Source of the DNA: an uncultured Rubripirellula sp.
GTDB taxonomy: Bacteria; Planctomycetota; Planctomycetia; Pirellulales; Pirellulaceae
Assembly: GCA_938085445.1 (NCBI GenBank)
Contig: CALKGR010000004.1
Location: 1 to 64,000, forward strand
DNA length: 64,000 bases
Direction: 5' to 3'
Shown: piece after piece, positions 1 to 11,935 of the stretch
Layout: every line of letters begins with the position of its first letter
How positions within the stretch are numbered: the first letter of the stretch is position 1
Notes under the pieces: generated by a model
The model's database searches: none
Told to the model about the DNA's origin: nothing
What the model saw: only the letters and a program-made list of their open reading frames with translations
Translations under genes and position numbers: made by a program

Positions 1-71
1 CTGATTTGCAAACTCCGCGAATCTGCAGTCACTTTGCATCGGATCAAACGAAAACCACTCACTGAATCGAG

Positions 72-1127
72 TTGAATGTGCTTGTTGTCGTAACTGGATC
101 GAGTGGTTTGATTGGTTCTGCCGCAGTACGACATTGGGATGTTCCGGGGAATCAGGTCATCGGGATCGACAATGATATGCGATCCACTTTTTTCGGCCCC
201 ACGGGCAGCACGGAATGGAACCGTAAGCAACTGGAATCAGAGACACAATATTTTTGCACTGAATCACTCGACATCCGGAATCGAGATGCGATCTTTGATC
301 TTTTCAAAAAACAACGTCCGGACTTAATCATTCATTGCGCAGCGCAGCCCAGTCATGACCGTGCCGCGGCCATCCCATTTTTGGATTTTGAGGTCAACGC
401 TAACGGCACGCTCAACCTTCTGGAAGCCACACGTCAATTTGCTCCTGAAGCAGTCTTCTGCCACATGAGCACGAACAAAGTTTATGGCGACGCTCCGAAC
501 GAACGGAAGCTTCAGGAACTTGAAACTCGTTGGGACTATGCAGACCGGCAAGATTACAACGGCATCGCCGAAGATTGCCGAATCGATCAGACCATGCATT
601 CACTTTTTGGTGCTTCGAAAGCGGCCGCAGATATTTTGGCACAAGAGTATGGTCGCTACTTTGGTCTCAAAACGGGGATCTTTCGTGGCGGTTGTCTTAC
701 TGGCGCCAGCCATAGCGGAGTTGAACTGCATGGTTTCCTCAGCTATCTGGTTCATGTTGCAGTTCACGGCAAGCCGTACACCGTGTTTGGATACAAAGGT
801 AAGCAAGTCCGCGACCAAATTGAATGCAGTGATGTGGTCAAAGCATTCGAAGCCTTCTCACAGAACCCGCGGCCCGGAGAGGTTTACAACATCGGCGGAG
901 GTCGCGAAAATGCCGCCAGTGTACTGGAATGCATCACAATGATTCGAGAGATTGGCGGCTACGAATTGGAGTACACACTGTCCGACGAAGCTAGAAAAGG
1001 AGATCACATCTGCTACATCAGTGATCTGTCCAAGTTACGCCGGCACTATCCTAAATGGGAGATCACCGTATCCCTTCGAGAAATTCTGACGCGTATGATT
1101 CACGCCGAGAAAGCCAAACGCGTCTGA
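72..1127 (+). CDS. NAD-dependent epimerase/dehydratase (extended SDR, CDP-paratose/tyvelose epimerase-like)
   Basis: TGSSGLIG Rossmann motif, HCAAQPSH, STNKVYG, GKQVRD; the usual YxxxK reads FGASK. Confidence 0.9.
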   Translation: MNVLVVVTGSSGLIGSAAVRHWDVPGNQVIGIDNDMRSTFFGPTGSTEWNRKQLESETQYFCTESLDIRNRDAIFDLFKKQRPDLIIHCAAQPSHDRAAAIPFLDFEVNANGTLNLLEATRQFAPEAVFCHMSTNKVYGDAPNERKLQELETRWDYADRQDYNGIAEDCRIDQTMHSLFGASKAAADILAQEYGRYFGLKTGIFRGGCLTGASHSGVELHGFLSYLVHVAVHGKPYTVFGYKGKQVRDQIECSDVVKAFEAFSQNPRPGEVYNIGGGRENAASVLECITMIREIGGYELEYTLSDEARKGDHICYISDLSKLRRHYPKWEITVSLREILTRMIHAEKAKRV

Positions 1128-1168
1128 CTCCGTCGTTTAGCGGAAAACAACACGCCAGCGGAGTTCGA

Positions 1169-2374
1169 TTAGTTAACCGCCAACATGCGTTCCAACGCGA
1201 TCAAACTCCACTTACTTGTCTCTTCATCAACTTTGATTTCGTTGACCACAACGCCATCCCTGAGATTTTCGAGCGTCCAGGCTAGATGAGGCAGATCAAT
1301 GCGGTACATGGTGGCACACATGCAAACAACAGGACTCAAGAAATGAATCTCCTGCTCAGGATGCTCAGCCTTCAATCGGTTAACGAGATGCAGTTCCGTC
1401 CCGATTGCCCACTTTGTTCCAGCCGGACTACTTTTGACGGTGTCAATAATTTTTCCGGTGCTTCCCGACACGTCCGCCAAATCGTTGACTGAGCGTGGAC
1501 ACTCTGGATGAACCAGAATTTTGATCCCGGGATGTTGCTGACGAAATCCTTCCACATGCTCAGGCCGAAACATCTGGTGCACGCTGCAATGGCCCTTCCA
1601 TAAAATGACACGACTGTTCTCGATTGCGGCTTCCGTATTGCCACCTAAATCAAGTGCATAGGGATCCCAAACAGGCATCTCTGACTCTTCGATCCCCATC
1701 TCTAATGCGGTGTTACGCCCGAGGTGTTGATCAGGAAAGAAAAACACTCGCTGGCCTCGCTCGAAGGCCCACTCGATGACTGCCTTGGCATTGCTACTCG
1801 TGCAGACAATGCCACCGTGCCGACCGCAGAAAGCTTTTAAGCTCGCAGCACTATTGATGTAAGTAACAGGGATTACCTTTTCCGTATCAATCACTTCCGA
1901 CATGTCTTCCCAAGCTGCCTCAACCTGCGCAATTGCAGCCATGTCAGCCATACTGCAACCAGCCGCCATGTCCGGCAACACGACGTCCACTCGCCGCCCC
2001 TCGCGTTGTCGAACCTTGTCCGGATGATTGGCGAGAATATCAGCCGTCTCGGCCATGAAATGGACGCCACAAAAAACGATCGTTTGACACGAATCACTTT
2101 CAGCTGCCATCTGACTCAGCTTGTAGCTGTCACCTCGCAAATCCGAATGTTCAATGACTTCGTCTTGCTGATAGTGATGCCCGAGAATCAAGAGCGAATC
2201 ACCCAACTGCTGTCGAACCGCAGCAATTCGCTGCCGCAGTTCGTCAGACTCCAAGGTTTTATAGTGAGCCAATTCGTGAATCGCCGAAGGACTTTCGCAA
2301 AGCGTGACCAGATTATCAGTGCTCATCTTTTCAGCTTTATCAGTACTCAACTTCTCAGATCTCCCCATACTCAA
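1169..2374 (-). CDS. nadA: quinolinate synthase A ([4Fe-4S])
   Basis: LGHHYQ, GDSYKL, FCGVHFMAETA, GCSMADM, YINS, CTSSNA, PDQHLG, GHCSVH, VHPEC, CMCATM; true start may be 2368 or 2326. Confidence 0.96.
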   Translation of the reverse strand: MSMGRSEKLSTDKAEKMSTDNLVTLCESPSAIHELAHYKTLESDELRQRIAAVRQQLGDSLLILGHHYQQDEVIEHSDLRGDSYKLSQMAAESDSCQTIVFCGVHFMAETADILANHPDKVRQREGRRVDVVLPDMAAGCSMADMAAIAQVEAAWEDMSEVIDTEKVIPVTYINSAASLKAFCGRHGGIVCTSSNAKAVIEWAFERGQRVFFFPDQHLGRNTALEMGIEESEMPVWDPYALDLGGNTEAAIENSRVILWKGHCSVHQMFRPEHVEGFRQQHPGIKILVHPECPRSVNDLADVSGSTGKIIDTVKSSPAGTKWAIGTELHLVNRLKAEHPEQEIHFLSPVVCMCATMYRIDLPHLAWTLENLRDGVVVNEIKVDEETSKWSLIALERMLAVN

Positions 2375-2410
2375 CGTCTCGGTCTTTACGTCTCGGTCTC
2401 TACGTCTCGG
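2374..2410. repeat. 14-bp tandem repeat, about 2.6 copies (ACGTCTCGGTCT[T/C]T), in the nadA leader
   Basis: acgtctcggtcttt acgtctcggtctct acgtctcgg read directly. Confidence 0.85.
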
Positions 2411-2551
2411 CGCCAGTTTGTCGCGGTGTCAGGTCTCGGGTTTAGCGGTTAAGGTGTCAGTGCCTTCAGACAAAGCCTCGAGCAACAATTCAACTGAGCT
2501 CAGTCAATGAACCGCATTCCCGCTATTCCGCGGCGGCGTCCTACTTGGTTG

Positions 2552-2579
2552 ATTATACCGCTTTCCAGATTTCTGACAG
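2552..2579 (-). promoter_or_regulatory. putative sigma70-type promoter for nadA
   Basis: minus strand CTGTCA-N16-TATAAT; the perfect -10 overlaps the stop codon of the upstream gene. Confidence 0.4.
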
Positions 2580-4070
2580 GCCATCATTCCCAGTCTTCTT
2601 CAACGTTCTCTTCGACACATGCTTGATAATGGTCACTTTCCAAGCAAGATTCACCAATCGCGACCTCGCCAAGCCCGAATCGAGCGCAAAAATCCGCACG
2701 TCACACGGTTTCAGCGACTTCAGAGAAAGGCTGCAGGCAAGTCTCCACTCCTTCTCCTTCCTCCAATCAATGGATTTCCCAGCAGCTTGATGCCGAAATC
2801 GCTCGCCGACAGGTAGTTTTCCTGCCTCGCCAGACCGCCCATAAATCACCGGCCTTCCACCAAGCTCTCGAATTGCCTCCAGCCGTACTGCAATTCCATA
2901 TGGCTCATAGTCCCACCTCTGAACATGAGACCGAAAGCATCGCTGCCGCAACAATTGCAAAAGTGGCACAGCTGACCAGCAGACCACTGGATATTGCCTG
3001 GAACTGACAATCGCCGATGACATGATCTCACCTGAATGAATGATCCTGCACAGTGCATCAAGAGCCGTGCGATTAGCAACCCGACGCCCCTGAGTCAGAA
3101 TGGCGTCACGGTATTCGGTCGGCGTCTCACCCGGCCATGGCCCTTTGCTCCCTCGCGTGCAATGCACCAACCACTGGCCCGGCTCATTGAGCCAGTTACG
3201 CGTTGTACACAATCCAAGTGCCTTGGAAGCAACCAAAACTCTCTTGTTATCAACCTCATGCTGATGCATCCCGAAATTCCGTGTCAACTTATCCACCGAA
3301 TCACCACCATCAATCGCCTCCGTCAGATACCAGCCAACCGCCCCCGCCTTGATGAGATTGGATGCAGCTGAAGCAGGTGCTGCGGTGACACCAACACGTA
3401 CAGCGCATCGCGATACAGAACATTGCGATGTTGGCTGAAGTCGTTTCTTCAGACAAGCTTCAACACGTCCGCCGCGACGTACATGAAGAGCATCAATACG
3501 ATCTGCGATTGTGATGATCCCTTGATCACGTGTGACCTCCACTCCTTCAGGAAACCTAACCCAGACCTGTGCCCCCGTTTGCTGAACTCGATTTCCAAAA
3601 CCAATTCGCAACAAGGTTGCGCCTGTCAATTTCGATGCACGCCGTGCCCAAGGTTCAATCGCGGATCCATCAGCCACTAATAAAACCGCCGCCTGAAAAC
3701 GAGCTTGCCGTGCGCTGCGCATCAACAACTGCCCTAACTGCCAATGGTGGTGTGGGTCATGCCCCAAGCGACTGCAAACCAAGACAGTGAAAGAGCGGGC
3801 TGACCGCAATGTCAAACTCGTCGCTTCATTATCCAACGCAATCCTACATCGTCTTGGCAAGAGCGAACGGGTCCCGGCAAGACCATCCCAAACTTGTTTA
3901 CCTGGAAGCTTTTCCCCTGCAGATTTGTCACGTTTGGTCTTGGACGCCATGGAAACTGAAGCCCTCGACAGACACCACTTATCCAGTCGATCACCCCAGA
4001 CGCGGATCACATCCTTTTCACTGTTCATACCACCCCCACACAACCGATGGTTGATTACAAAGCTCAGCAT
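2553..4070 (-). CDS. hypothetical protein with N-terminal DprA/SLOG-like region and C-terminal ADP-ribosyltransferase-fold (AbiGi-like) domain
   Basis: RDQGIITIADRIDALHVRRGG and SNLIKAGA resemble DprA/SLOG; WLVHCT...LCRIIHSG...VVCWS...YGIAV...GGRPVIY...EKEWR resembles the H-S-ExE ART pattern; start probably 4028 or 3950. Confidence 0.6.
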   Translation of the reverse strand: MLSFVINHRLCGGGMNSEKDVIRVWGDRLDKWCLSRASVSMASKTKRDKSAGEKLPGKQVWDGLAGTRSLLPRRCRIALDNEATSLTLRSARSFTVLVCSRLGHDPHHHWQLGQLLMRSARQARFQAAVLLVADGSAIEPWARRASKLTGATLLRIGFGNRVQQTGAQVWVRFPEGVEVTRDQGIITIADRIDALHVRRGGRVEACLKKRLQPTSQCSVSRCAVRVGVTAAPASAASNLIKAGAVGWYLTEAIDGGDSVDKLTRNFGMHQHEVDNKRVLVASKALGLCTTRNWLNEPGQWLVHCTRGSKGPWPGETPTEYRDAILTQGRRVANRTALDALCRIIHSGEIMSSAIVSSRQYPVVCWSAVPLLQLLRQRCFRSHVQRWDYEPYGIAVRLEAIRELGGRPVIYGRSGEAGKLPVGERFRHQAAGKSIDWRKEKEWRLACSLSLKSLKPCDVRIFALDSGLARSRLVNLAWKVTIIKHVSKRTLKKTGNDGLSEIWKAV

Positions 4071-4173
4071 ACCTGAATTGAATCAGGTGGGGTGTCGAAC
4101 AATCCCGTTGGCGGTGACAATGCGAGGCAACTAGGTTGCTTTCATTACAGTCATTTCGCTCCTCGGTATCTCC

Positions 4174-5142
4174 ATGCTCTTACCTCACTTTTCATCACAA
4201 GTCCTGCTAAGCCTTGCAACCGTACTGAGTGTGCTTGTCTTTGATGATTCCTCCGGCAGAGCAACGGCACAAGAAAAGGCTCCGGATAACGTCGCCTCCA
4301 AAACACAAACGGCTGCTGTTGCCGACGCGGTTCTGGCTGTATGGCCCGACGAGCCCCCCGCGTGGAACGCTCCCACCAAGCCGGAACTCGACACAACGAC
4401 CGATAAGTCCAATAAAGTTGCTGGTCGGCGGTTGATGCGATTGACCAATGTTTCAAAACCAGAACTGCATGTTTTTCGTCCCACAGTCACCTCATCCAAC
4501 ACGACCGTCCTTATCGCTCCGGGAGGCGGTTACTCGATCCTAGCATGGGACTTGGAAGGCACTGAAATAGCGGCGTGGCTGCAATCCCTTGGGATCACTG
4601 CCATCGTTTTGAAGTACCGGGTCCCCACAAGACAAGAGCCTAAAAACTGGTTGCCTGCTGTTCAGGATCTACAGCGAAGTATCAGCCTGATTCGGAACAA
4701 TGGGATTCCGGAAGTAACAACTGAAAGTCTCGGTGTACTTGGCTTCTCCGCCGGTGGGAATGCAGCTGCACGGGCTGCCACCGCAACAGCAAGAGCTTAC
4801 GAAGCAAAAGATAAGGTTGATGAAAGCAACTGCGTTCCAGACTTTGCCGTCTTGATCTATCCTGCTTGGCTCGTCAAACAAGGGACAACCTTGATTGAGG
4901 ACCTCAAAATCCGACCAGAAACACCACCCATGTTTTTGGCTCATGCTGCTAATGATTCAGTAACATGCCTCAGCAGCGTAGGCCTTTTCGCTGCTCTGAA
5001 AGCAAAAAATGTTCCAGCTGAACTACACGTATTTTCTTCAGGTGGACACGGATTCGGCGGTCGATCCACAGGAGATCCGACAGATGCATGGAAACCACTT
5101 TGTCGAACGTGGATTGATCAGCATGATTGGCTCAAGCCATGA
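4174..5142 (+). CDS. secreted alpha/beta hydrolase (acetyl xylan esterase/lipase-like)
   Basis: signal peptide, PGGGY oxyanion hole, GFSAGG nucleophile elbow, AAND, GGHGFG. Confidence 0.9.
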   Translation: MLLPHFSSQVLLSLATVLSVLVFDDSSGRATAQEKAPDNVASKTQTAAVADAVLAVWPDEPPAWNAPTKPELDTTTDKSNKVAGRRLMRLTNVSKPELHVFRPTVTSSNTTVLIAPGGGYSILAWDLEGTEIAAWLQSLGITAIVLKYRVPTRQEPKNWLPAVQDLQRSISLIRNNGIPEVTTESLGVLGFSAGGNAAARAATATARAYEAKDKVDESNCVPDFAVLIYPAWLVKQGTTLIEDLKIRPETPPMFLAHAANDSVTCLSSVGLFAALKAKNVPAELHVFSSGGHGFGGRSTGDPTDAWKPLCRTWIDQHDWLKP

Positions 5143-5855
5143 GTAAACCCACTCCACATAAAGGCAAGCCTTCAACCGACCACGCAACCATGACTGCGAA
5201 AAATGGCACTGCAGCGATTGCCAATGAGCCACCCTTCCTCGAAGGTGAGGAGTGGGCCAATGCGTTGACCCATGGGATAGCCGCACTTGGCAGCATCGCC
5301 TTGGCTGTGCATTTGATCCAAGCCGCCATGCCCCAAAGCGTCGGCTTAGCCATTGCATGTGCAGCCTACATGTCGGCAGTCTTTGGAACATTTTCCTGTT
5401 CATCCCTTTCGCACGTGATTCGCCGACAACCGCTCCTGAATCAACTGCGTGCTTGGGATCAAGCGATGATTTACACCATGATTTCGGGTACTTATACGCC
5501 GATCGCATATGCCTATGCCTCGGACATGACAAAAACACCATTGCTCTGGGCAATCTGGATTGCTGCCGCCGCAGGTTTTCTGCAGAAAGTTGCGTGGAAA
5601 CATCGAGTCAATTCAAGCGGCACCATTTCGTATCTGCTGCTAGGCTGGCTACCCGCAATTCCCCTCGCGCCATATGTGCCGACCACACTGGTGGCGGCGA
5701 TGGTCGCTGGCGGCGTCATGTACACAATTGGCGTCGCGTTCTTAATCAACGACAAAAAACGCAAGTACCTGCATGCGTGCTGGCATCTCGCCGTTATATC
5801 CGCTGCACTGTGCCACTATTTTGGCATTCTGTGGTATGTCGTGCAGGGCTCGTGA
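5139..5855 (+). CDS. hemolysin III / PAQR family membrane protein
   Basis: EEWANALTHG, SSLSH, DQAMIY..ISGTYTP, HACWH; ATGA overlap with the upstream stop. Confidence 0.92.
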   Translation: MSKPTPHKGKPSTDHATMTAKNGTAAIANEPPFLEGEEWANALTHGIAALGSIALAVHLIQAAMPQSVGLAIACAAYMSAVFGTFSCSSLSHVIRRQPLLNQLRAWDQAMIYTMISGTYTPIAYAYASDMTKTPLLWAIWIAAAAGFLQKVAWKHRVNSSGTISYLLLGWLPAIPLAPYVPTTLVAAMVAGGVMYTIGVAFLINDKKRKYLHACWHLAVISAALCHYFGILWYVVQGS

Positions 5856-5965
5856 TTGGCCAAACGCGCGGCGATTGATTCACCCGCGTCAACCGTAACA
5901 CAGGAGCCAACACAGAACGACGGTCTTCACCGACCTCTGGGATCGGCCCACTCAACTGACCAAAA

Positions 5966-6589
5966 TCACTCCGCTGGGCCAGTGCTCACAACCACCTGAC
6001 TGGGCCTGACAACTCGATCATGCATTTTGAATCCAATCTGCGCCACGTGCGCTACCATTCCTGACTCCAAGTCACTTGGCATCTGTGAGATTGCTTCGTG
6101 GAAGTTAGGATCAAACTGCTCACCCTCGGTAGCAATTTGGAGCACCGCATGCTTTGTGAGGTAGTCATCGAGTTGTTTCACCACCATCGCGACACCTTCC
6201 TGCAATCCGCCTGGGTCAGCAGAATTCTTTGCAGCTTCTAACCCGCGTAAAAGATTGTCACGGACTTCCAGCACATCGGTCACAAGCGGCACTGCGGCGT
6301 ACTTAACCTGGTCTTCGTAATCCCGTCGCAAACGTTTCCGGAAATTCTCAGCTTCCGCCTGTGCTTTCAGCACACGCCCATCTGCAGAATCCGCAGCTTC
6401 CCGCAGCCGATCCATTTCTTCATCCCGAGTTTCCAGCACTTGGTCCACAGCCTCGTGATCCACAGCCTCGTCATGAATCTCTTGAGGATTCGTTTCAGGA
6501 TTCAAGTCGTCCCCATGGTCCTGCTCATCGGCAGCGGTGGAATCTGCCTGGTTCATGTCATCCATTTCTTCATTCATCTCTTCACTCAT
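5966..6589 (-). CDS. grpE: nucleotide exchange factor GrpE
   Basis: AEAENFRKR, GEQFDPNFHEA, GFKMHDRVVRPSQVVV; follows dnaJ with a 4-bp overlap. Confidence 0.96.
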   Translation of the reverse strand: MSEEMNEEMDDMNQADSTAADEQDHGDDLNPETNPQEIHDEAVDHEAVDQVLETRDEEMDRLREAADSADGRVLKAQAEAENFRKRLRRDYEDQVKYAAVPLVTDVLEVRDNLLRGLEAAKNSADPGGLQEGVAMVVKQLDDYLTKHAVLQIATEGEQFDPNFHEAISQMPSDLESGMVAHVAQIGFKMHDRVVRPSQVVVSTGPAE

Positions 6590-7737
6590 GACTCTGACGG
6601 ATCGGTCTCGGGATCAAAAAAATTCTTCAAATTCTCAAGGAACGATTTCCGATGTGGCAACACGGACTCATGATCCAACTCGGCGAGTTCACGCAGCAAC
6701 CGTTCCTGATCTGAGTTCACTTTCTTTGGAACTTCGATAAAAACTTGCACCAACAAATCGCCGGTTCGTCCAGCCCGTGGATCCACAACACCTTTTCCCC
6801 TGAGCGTGAACACATCGCCATTCTGCGTGCCGGGATCAACCCTCAGCTCATGGGGCCCCTCCAAAGTGGGCACCTGAATATCCGCACCAAGTGCGGCTTG
6901 ACTATACGAAATCGGCAGCTGCAAAATCAAATGCGACCCGTCACGCTTGAATAAATCGTGCGGGCGAATCGTGATGAACACATAACAATCGCCAACAGGA
7001 CCACCATCGGGACTACCTTCACCCTCACCGGGCACGCGGACACGCATCCCATCGTCGACGCCAGCCGGGATACTGACGCTCAACTCCGCTTTCTTATTCT
7101 GCAAGCCGCTTCCACGGCAATCTCCGCAGGGCTGGCTGATCTGTTTTCCAGTACCTGAGCAATTCGGACAGGCAGTTTGAACCCTCAGAATGCCGGCGGA
7201 CTGGATAACCTGTCCCTGCCCTCCACAAGTCTCGCACTGCGTCGGCTTACTGCCACGTTCCGCCCCACTTCCATCACATGATTCGCAATTCACGCGACGG
7301 CGAAACGAAATATCTTTTTCAACTCCTCGAGCAGCTTCTTCAAGACTAAGCGTGACATTGCAACGAATGTCTGCACCCTTACGCGCCCGCCGACGGCGTC
7401 CACCACCACTACCACCCCGTCCACCAAACAGGTCGCCGAACATCCCCCCGCCAAAGAGGTCGCCGAACGCATCAAAAATGTCCTCTACATCGTTGAACTG
7501 GTGCACACCGTCAACGCCGGCGTGCCCATGCTGATCATAGCGTTGACGTTTCTCGCCATCACTCAGAACTTCATAGGCCTCAGTCGCTTCCTTGAATTTC
7601 TCTACAGCACCCTCATCATCCCGATTGCTATCAGGATGGTATTTGATCGCGAGCTTACGATAAGCCCGATCGACTTCTACTTTTGATGCAGACCGCTCGA
7701 TACGAAGCACTTCGTAGTAGCAGACTTTCTCGGCCAT
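6586..7737 (-). CDS. dnaJ: chaperone DnaJ
   Basis: J domain with HPD, G/F-rich linker, four CxxCxGxG repeats, C-terminal domain. Confidence 0.97.
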   Translation of the reverse strand: MAEKVCYYEVLRIERSASKVEVDRAYRKLAIKYHPDSNRDDEGAVEKFKEATEAYEVLSDGEKRQRYDQHGHAGVDGVHQFNDVEDIFDAFGDLFGGGMFGDLFGGRGGSGGGRRRRARKGADIRCNVTLSLEEAARGVEKDISFRRRVNCESCDGSGAERGSKPTQCETCGGQGQVIQSAGILRVQTACPNCSGTGKQISQPCGDCRGSGLQNKKAELSVSIPAGVDDGMRVRVPGEGEGSPDGGPVGDCYVFITIRPHDLFKRDGSHLILQLPISYSQAALGADIQVPTLEGPHELRVDPGTQNGDVFTLRGKGVVDPRAGRTGDLLVQVFIEVPKKVNSDQERLLRELAELDHESVLPHRKSFLENLKNFFDPETDPSES

Positions 7738-7762
7738 CTTCTTCTTGCCTTTTCAATGTTTC

Positions 7763-7799
7763 AAAAAACGGGTCGCAAGCCAGATGGCTAGCGACCCGT
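7763..7799 (-). terminator. intrinsic terminator between groEL and dnaJ
   Basis: minus strand ACGGGTCGC-T-AGCC-atct-GGCT-T-GCGACCCGT running into a T tract. Confidence 0.75.
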
Positions 7800-7897
7800 C
7801 AGTATCTCATGCAAGCCCATCCCGCCAGAATCATCCGTAGTGTTTTTTTGGAACGTACCACAGTGATGAGAAAGCGGGAGAGATGCGAACTCTCAGC

Positions 7898-9556
7898 TTA
7901 GGAAACAACGCCTTCAACTTGGCGTCGCTCTTTGTCCTCAGCCTCGAAGTTGGTCACAAGAGCTTCGGTCGTCAACAATAGACCGGCAATGCTACCCGCA
8001 TTGGCCAGTGCAGTGCGGACCACTTTCACTGGGTCGATGACGCCAGACTTCAGCATGTCGACGTAGTCGCCGGTATTTGCGTTGTAGCCGATGTTGGTAG
8101 CCTTCTGGCTGACCTCATCCACGACCACGCTACCGTCGATCCCGCCATTGTCGGCTATCTGCCGCATCGGTGCATCCAGAGCACCAAGCACGATATCGAC
8201 ACCAATTTTTTCGTCACCCTTTGCGGAAGCGACGATTGTCTTTCCGTCGGCATCTTTGACAGGGCTGGACTTGACTGCCTCGACAGCTTCGCGACAGCGA
8301 ACCAAAGCAACACCACCACCTGGCAGGATCCCTTCTTCCACAGCAGCACGCGTCGCGTGCAGAGCATCTTCCAGGCGAGCCTTGGTCTGCTTCATCTCAG
8401 CTTCAGTCTCAGCACCAACACTGATCACTGCCACGCCACCAGCCAACTTAGCCAGACGCTCTTGGAACTTCTCTTTGTCATAGTCGCTGTCAGTCTGCTC
8501 GATCTGAGCACGAATCTGAGCAACTCGTTTGTCGATGTCAGCACGCTTGCCGCTGCCTTCGACGATAGTCGTATTACCTTTGTCTACGGTGACTTTCTTG
8601 GCCCGACCCAGTTGCTCGAGAGTGACGTTCTCAAGTTGGATACCGAGATCTTCGCTGATCAGCGTTCCACCAATCAACGTTGCAATATCACCCAGCATTG
8701 CCTTGCGACGATCACCGAAGCCAGGTGCTTTCACAGCACAAACATTCAGGGTCCCACGCAACTTATTGACCACCAACAGAGTCAGTGCCTCAGCATCAAC
8801 GTCTTCAGCGATGATGAGCAGCGGTTGTCCAGTTTGAGCTGACTTTTCAAGCAACGGAACAAGATCGCGAATGTTACTGATCTTTTTCTCGTACAACAGA
8901 ACAAGAGCATTCTCGAGATCTGCTTCCATCGTTCCGGGGTCGGTAATGAAATACGGCGAAATGTAGCCCTTGTCGAACTGCATTCCGTCAACATAGTTGA
9001 CTTCCGTATCACGACTCTTGCCTTCCTCAACGGTAATCACACCGTCTTTTCCAACACGCTCGAGAGCGTCAGCAAGCAGTGAACCAATCACCTCGTCATT
9101 GTTTGCCGAGATCGAACCGACATTTGCAACTTCCTGCTTATTCTTGACAGGACGGCCCATTTCAAAGAGCTGTTCGGTGGCAGCAGCGACTGCTTTGTCG
9201 ATGCCGCGACGAATGGCGGTTGGGTTACTGCCTGCAACAATGTTACGCAGGCCTTCTTTGAAGATCGCCCGCGCAAGTACCGTTGCAGTGGTCGTCCCAT
9301 CACCAGCTAAGTCACTGGTTTTCTGAGCGACCTCGATGACCAGTTTCGCGCCCATGTTCTCGAATCGGTCTTCCAACTCGATCTCCTTGGCCACCGTTAC
9401 ACCGTCTTTCGTTACGGTCGGTCCACCAAAAGATTTGTCGATGATTACGTTTCGACCAGTTGGGCCCATCGTCACAGCGACGGCGTCAGCCAACTTGTCG
9501 ACACCCATCATCATTCGCGATCGTGCATGATCGTCAAAAAGAAGTTGTTTTGCCAC
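7898..9556 (-). CDS. groEL: chaperonin GroEL (paralog without GGM tail)
   Basis: [48 protein letters not shown]. Confidence 0.97.
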   Translation of the reverse strand: MAKQLLFDDHARSRMMMGVDKLADAVAVTMGPTGRNVIIDKSFGGPTVTKDGVTVAKEIELEDRFENMGAKLVIEVAQKTSDLAGDGTTTATVLARAIFKEGLRNIVAGSNPTAIRRGIDKAVAAATEQLFEMGRPVKNKQEVANVGSISANNDEVIGSLLADALERVGKDGVITVEEGKSRDTEVNYVDGMQFDKGYISPYFITDPGTMEADLENALVLLYEKKISNIRDLVPLLEKSAQTGQPLLIIAEDVDAEALTLLVVNKLRGTLNVCAVKAPGFGDRRKAMLGDIATLIGGTLISEDLGIQLENVTLEQLGRAKKVTVDKGNTTIVEGSGKRADIDKRVAQIRAQIEQTDSDYDKEKFQERLAKLAGGVAVISVGAETEAEMKQTKARLEDALHATRAAVEEGILPGGGVALVRCREAVEAVKSSPVKDADGKTIVASAKGDEKIGVDIVLGALDAPMRQIADNGGIDGSVVVDEVSQKATNIGYNANTGDYVDMLKSGVIDPVKVVRTALANAGSIAGLLLTTEALVTNFEAEDKERRQVEGVVS

Positions 9557-9640
9557 AAGAGTGTTCCTAATTGGAGTGTGTTATTTGCAACGAAGCGGCT
9601 CGATCGCCGAAGCGGCCGAACCGTGCTGATCGATGACGGT

Positions 9641-9937
9641 TTAGAGGATTTTTGCGAGGATATCACTCTCGCGAAGAATCTTCATTTCCTGACCGTCAAC
9701 CTCGATGTCGCTGCCGCCATACTTGCCGTAAATCACCGTGTCACCAATGGCGACTGTCATGTCGCCACGATTCCCGCTGTCCAAAAGACGGCCTGGGCCA
9801 ACGGCCACGATCGTGCCACGCTGCGGCTTCTCTTTCGCCGAATCAGGAAGCACAATTCCACCAGCAGTGGTTTCTTCTGCTTCATTCGGTTGAACCACAA
9901 CACGATCATCCAAGGGTCGAAGATTAAGTTTTGCCAT
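9641..9937 (-). CDS. groES: co-chaperonin GroES
   Basis: [25 protein letters not shown] mobile loop, ILRESDILA. Confidence 0.97.
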   Translation of the reverse strand: MAKLNLRPLDDRVVVQPNEAEETTAGGIVLPDSAKEKPQRGTIVAVGPGRLLDSGNRGDMTVAIGDTVIYGKYGGSDIEVDGQEMKILRESDILAKIL

Positions 9938-10012
9938 GATTATCTATTCTGATTGTTAGTTGGTTATCTATTGAATTAAGGGATTACTGAATTGGAAGGA
10001 TGGCGGGCTGGA

Positions 10013-11935
<1,923 letters not shown>

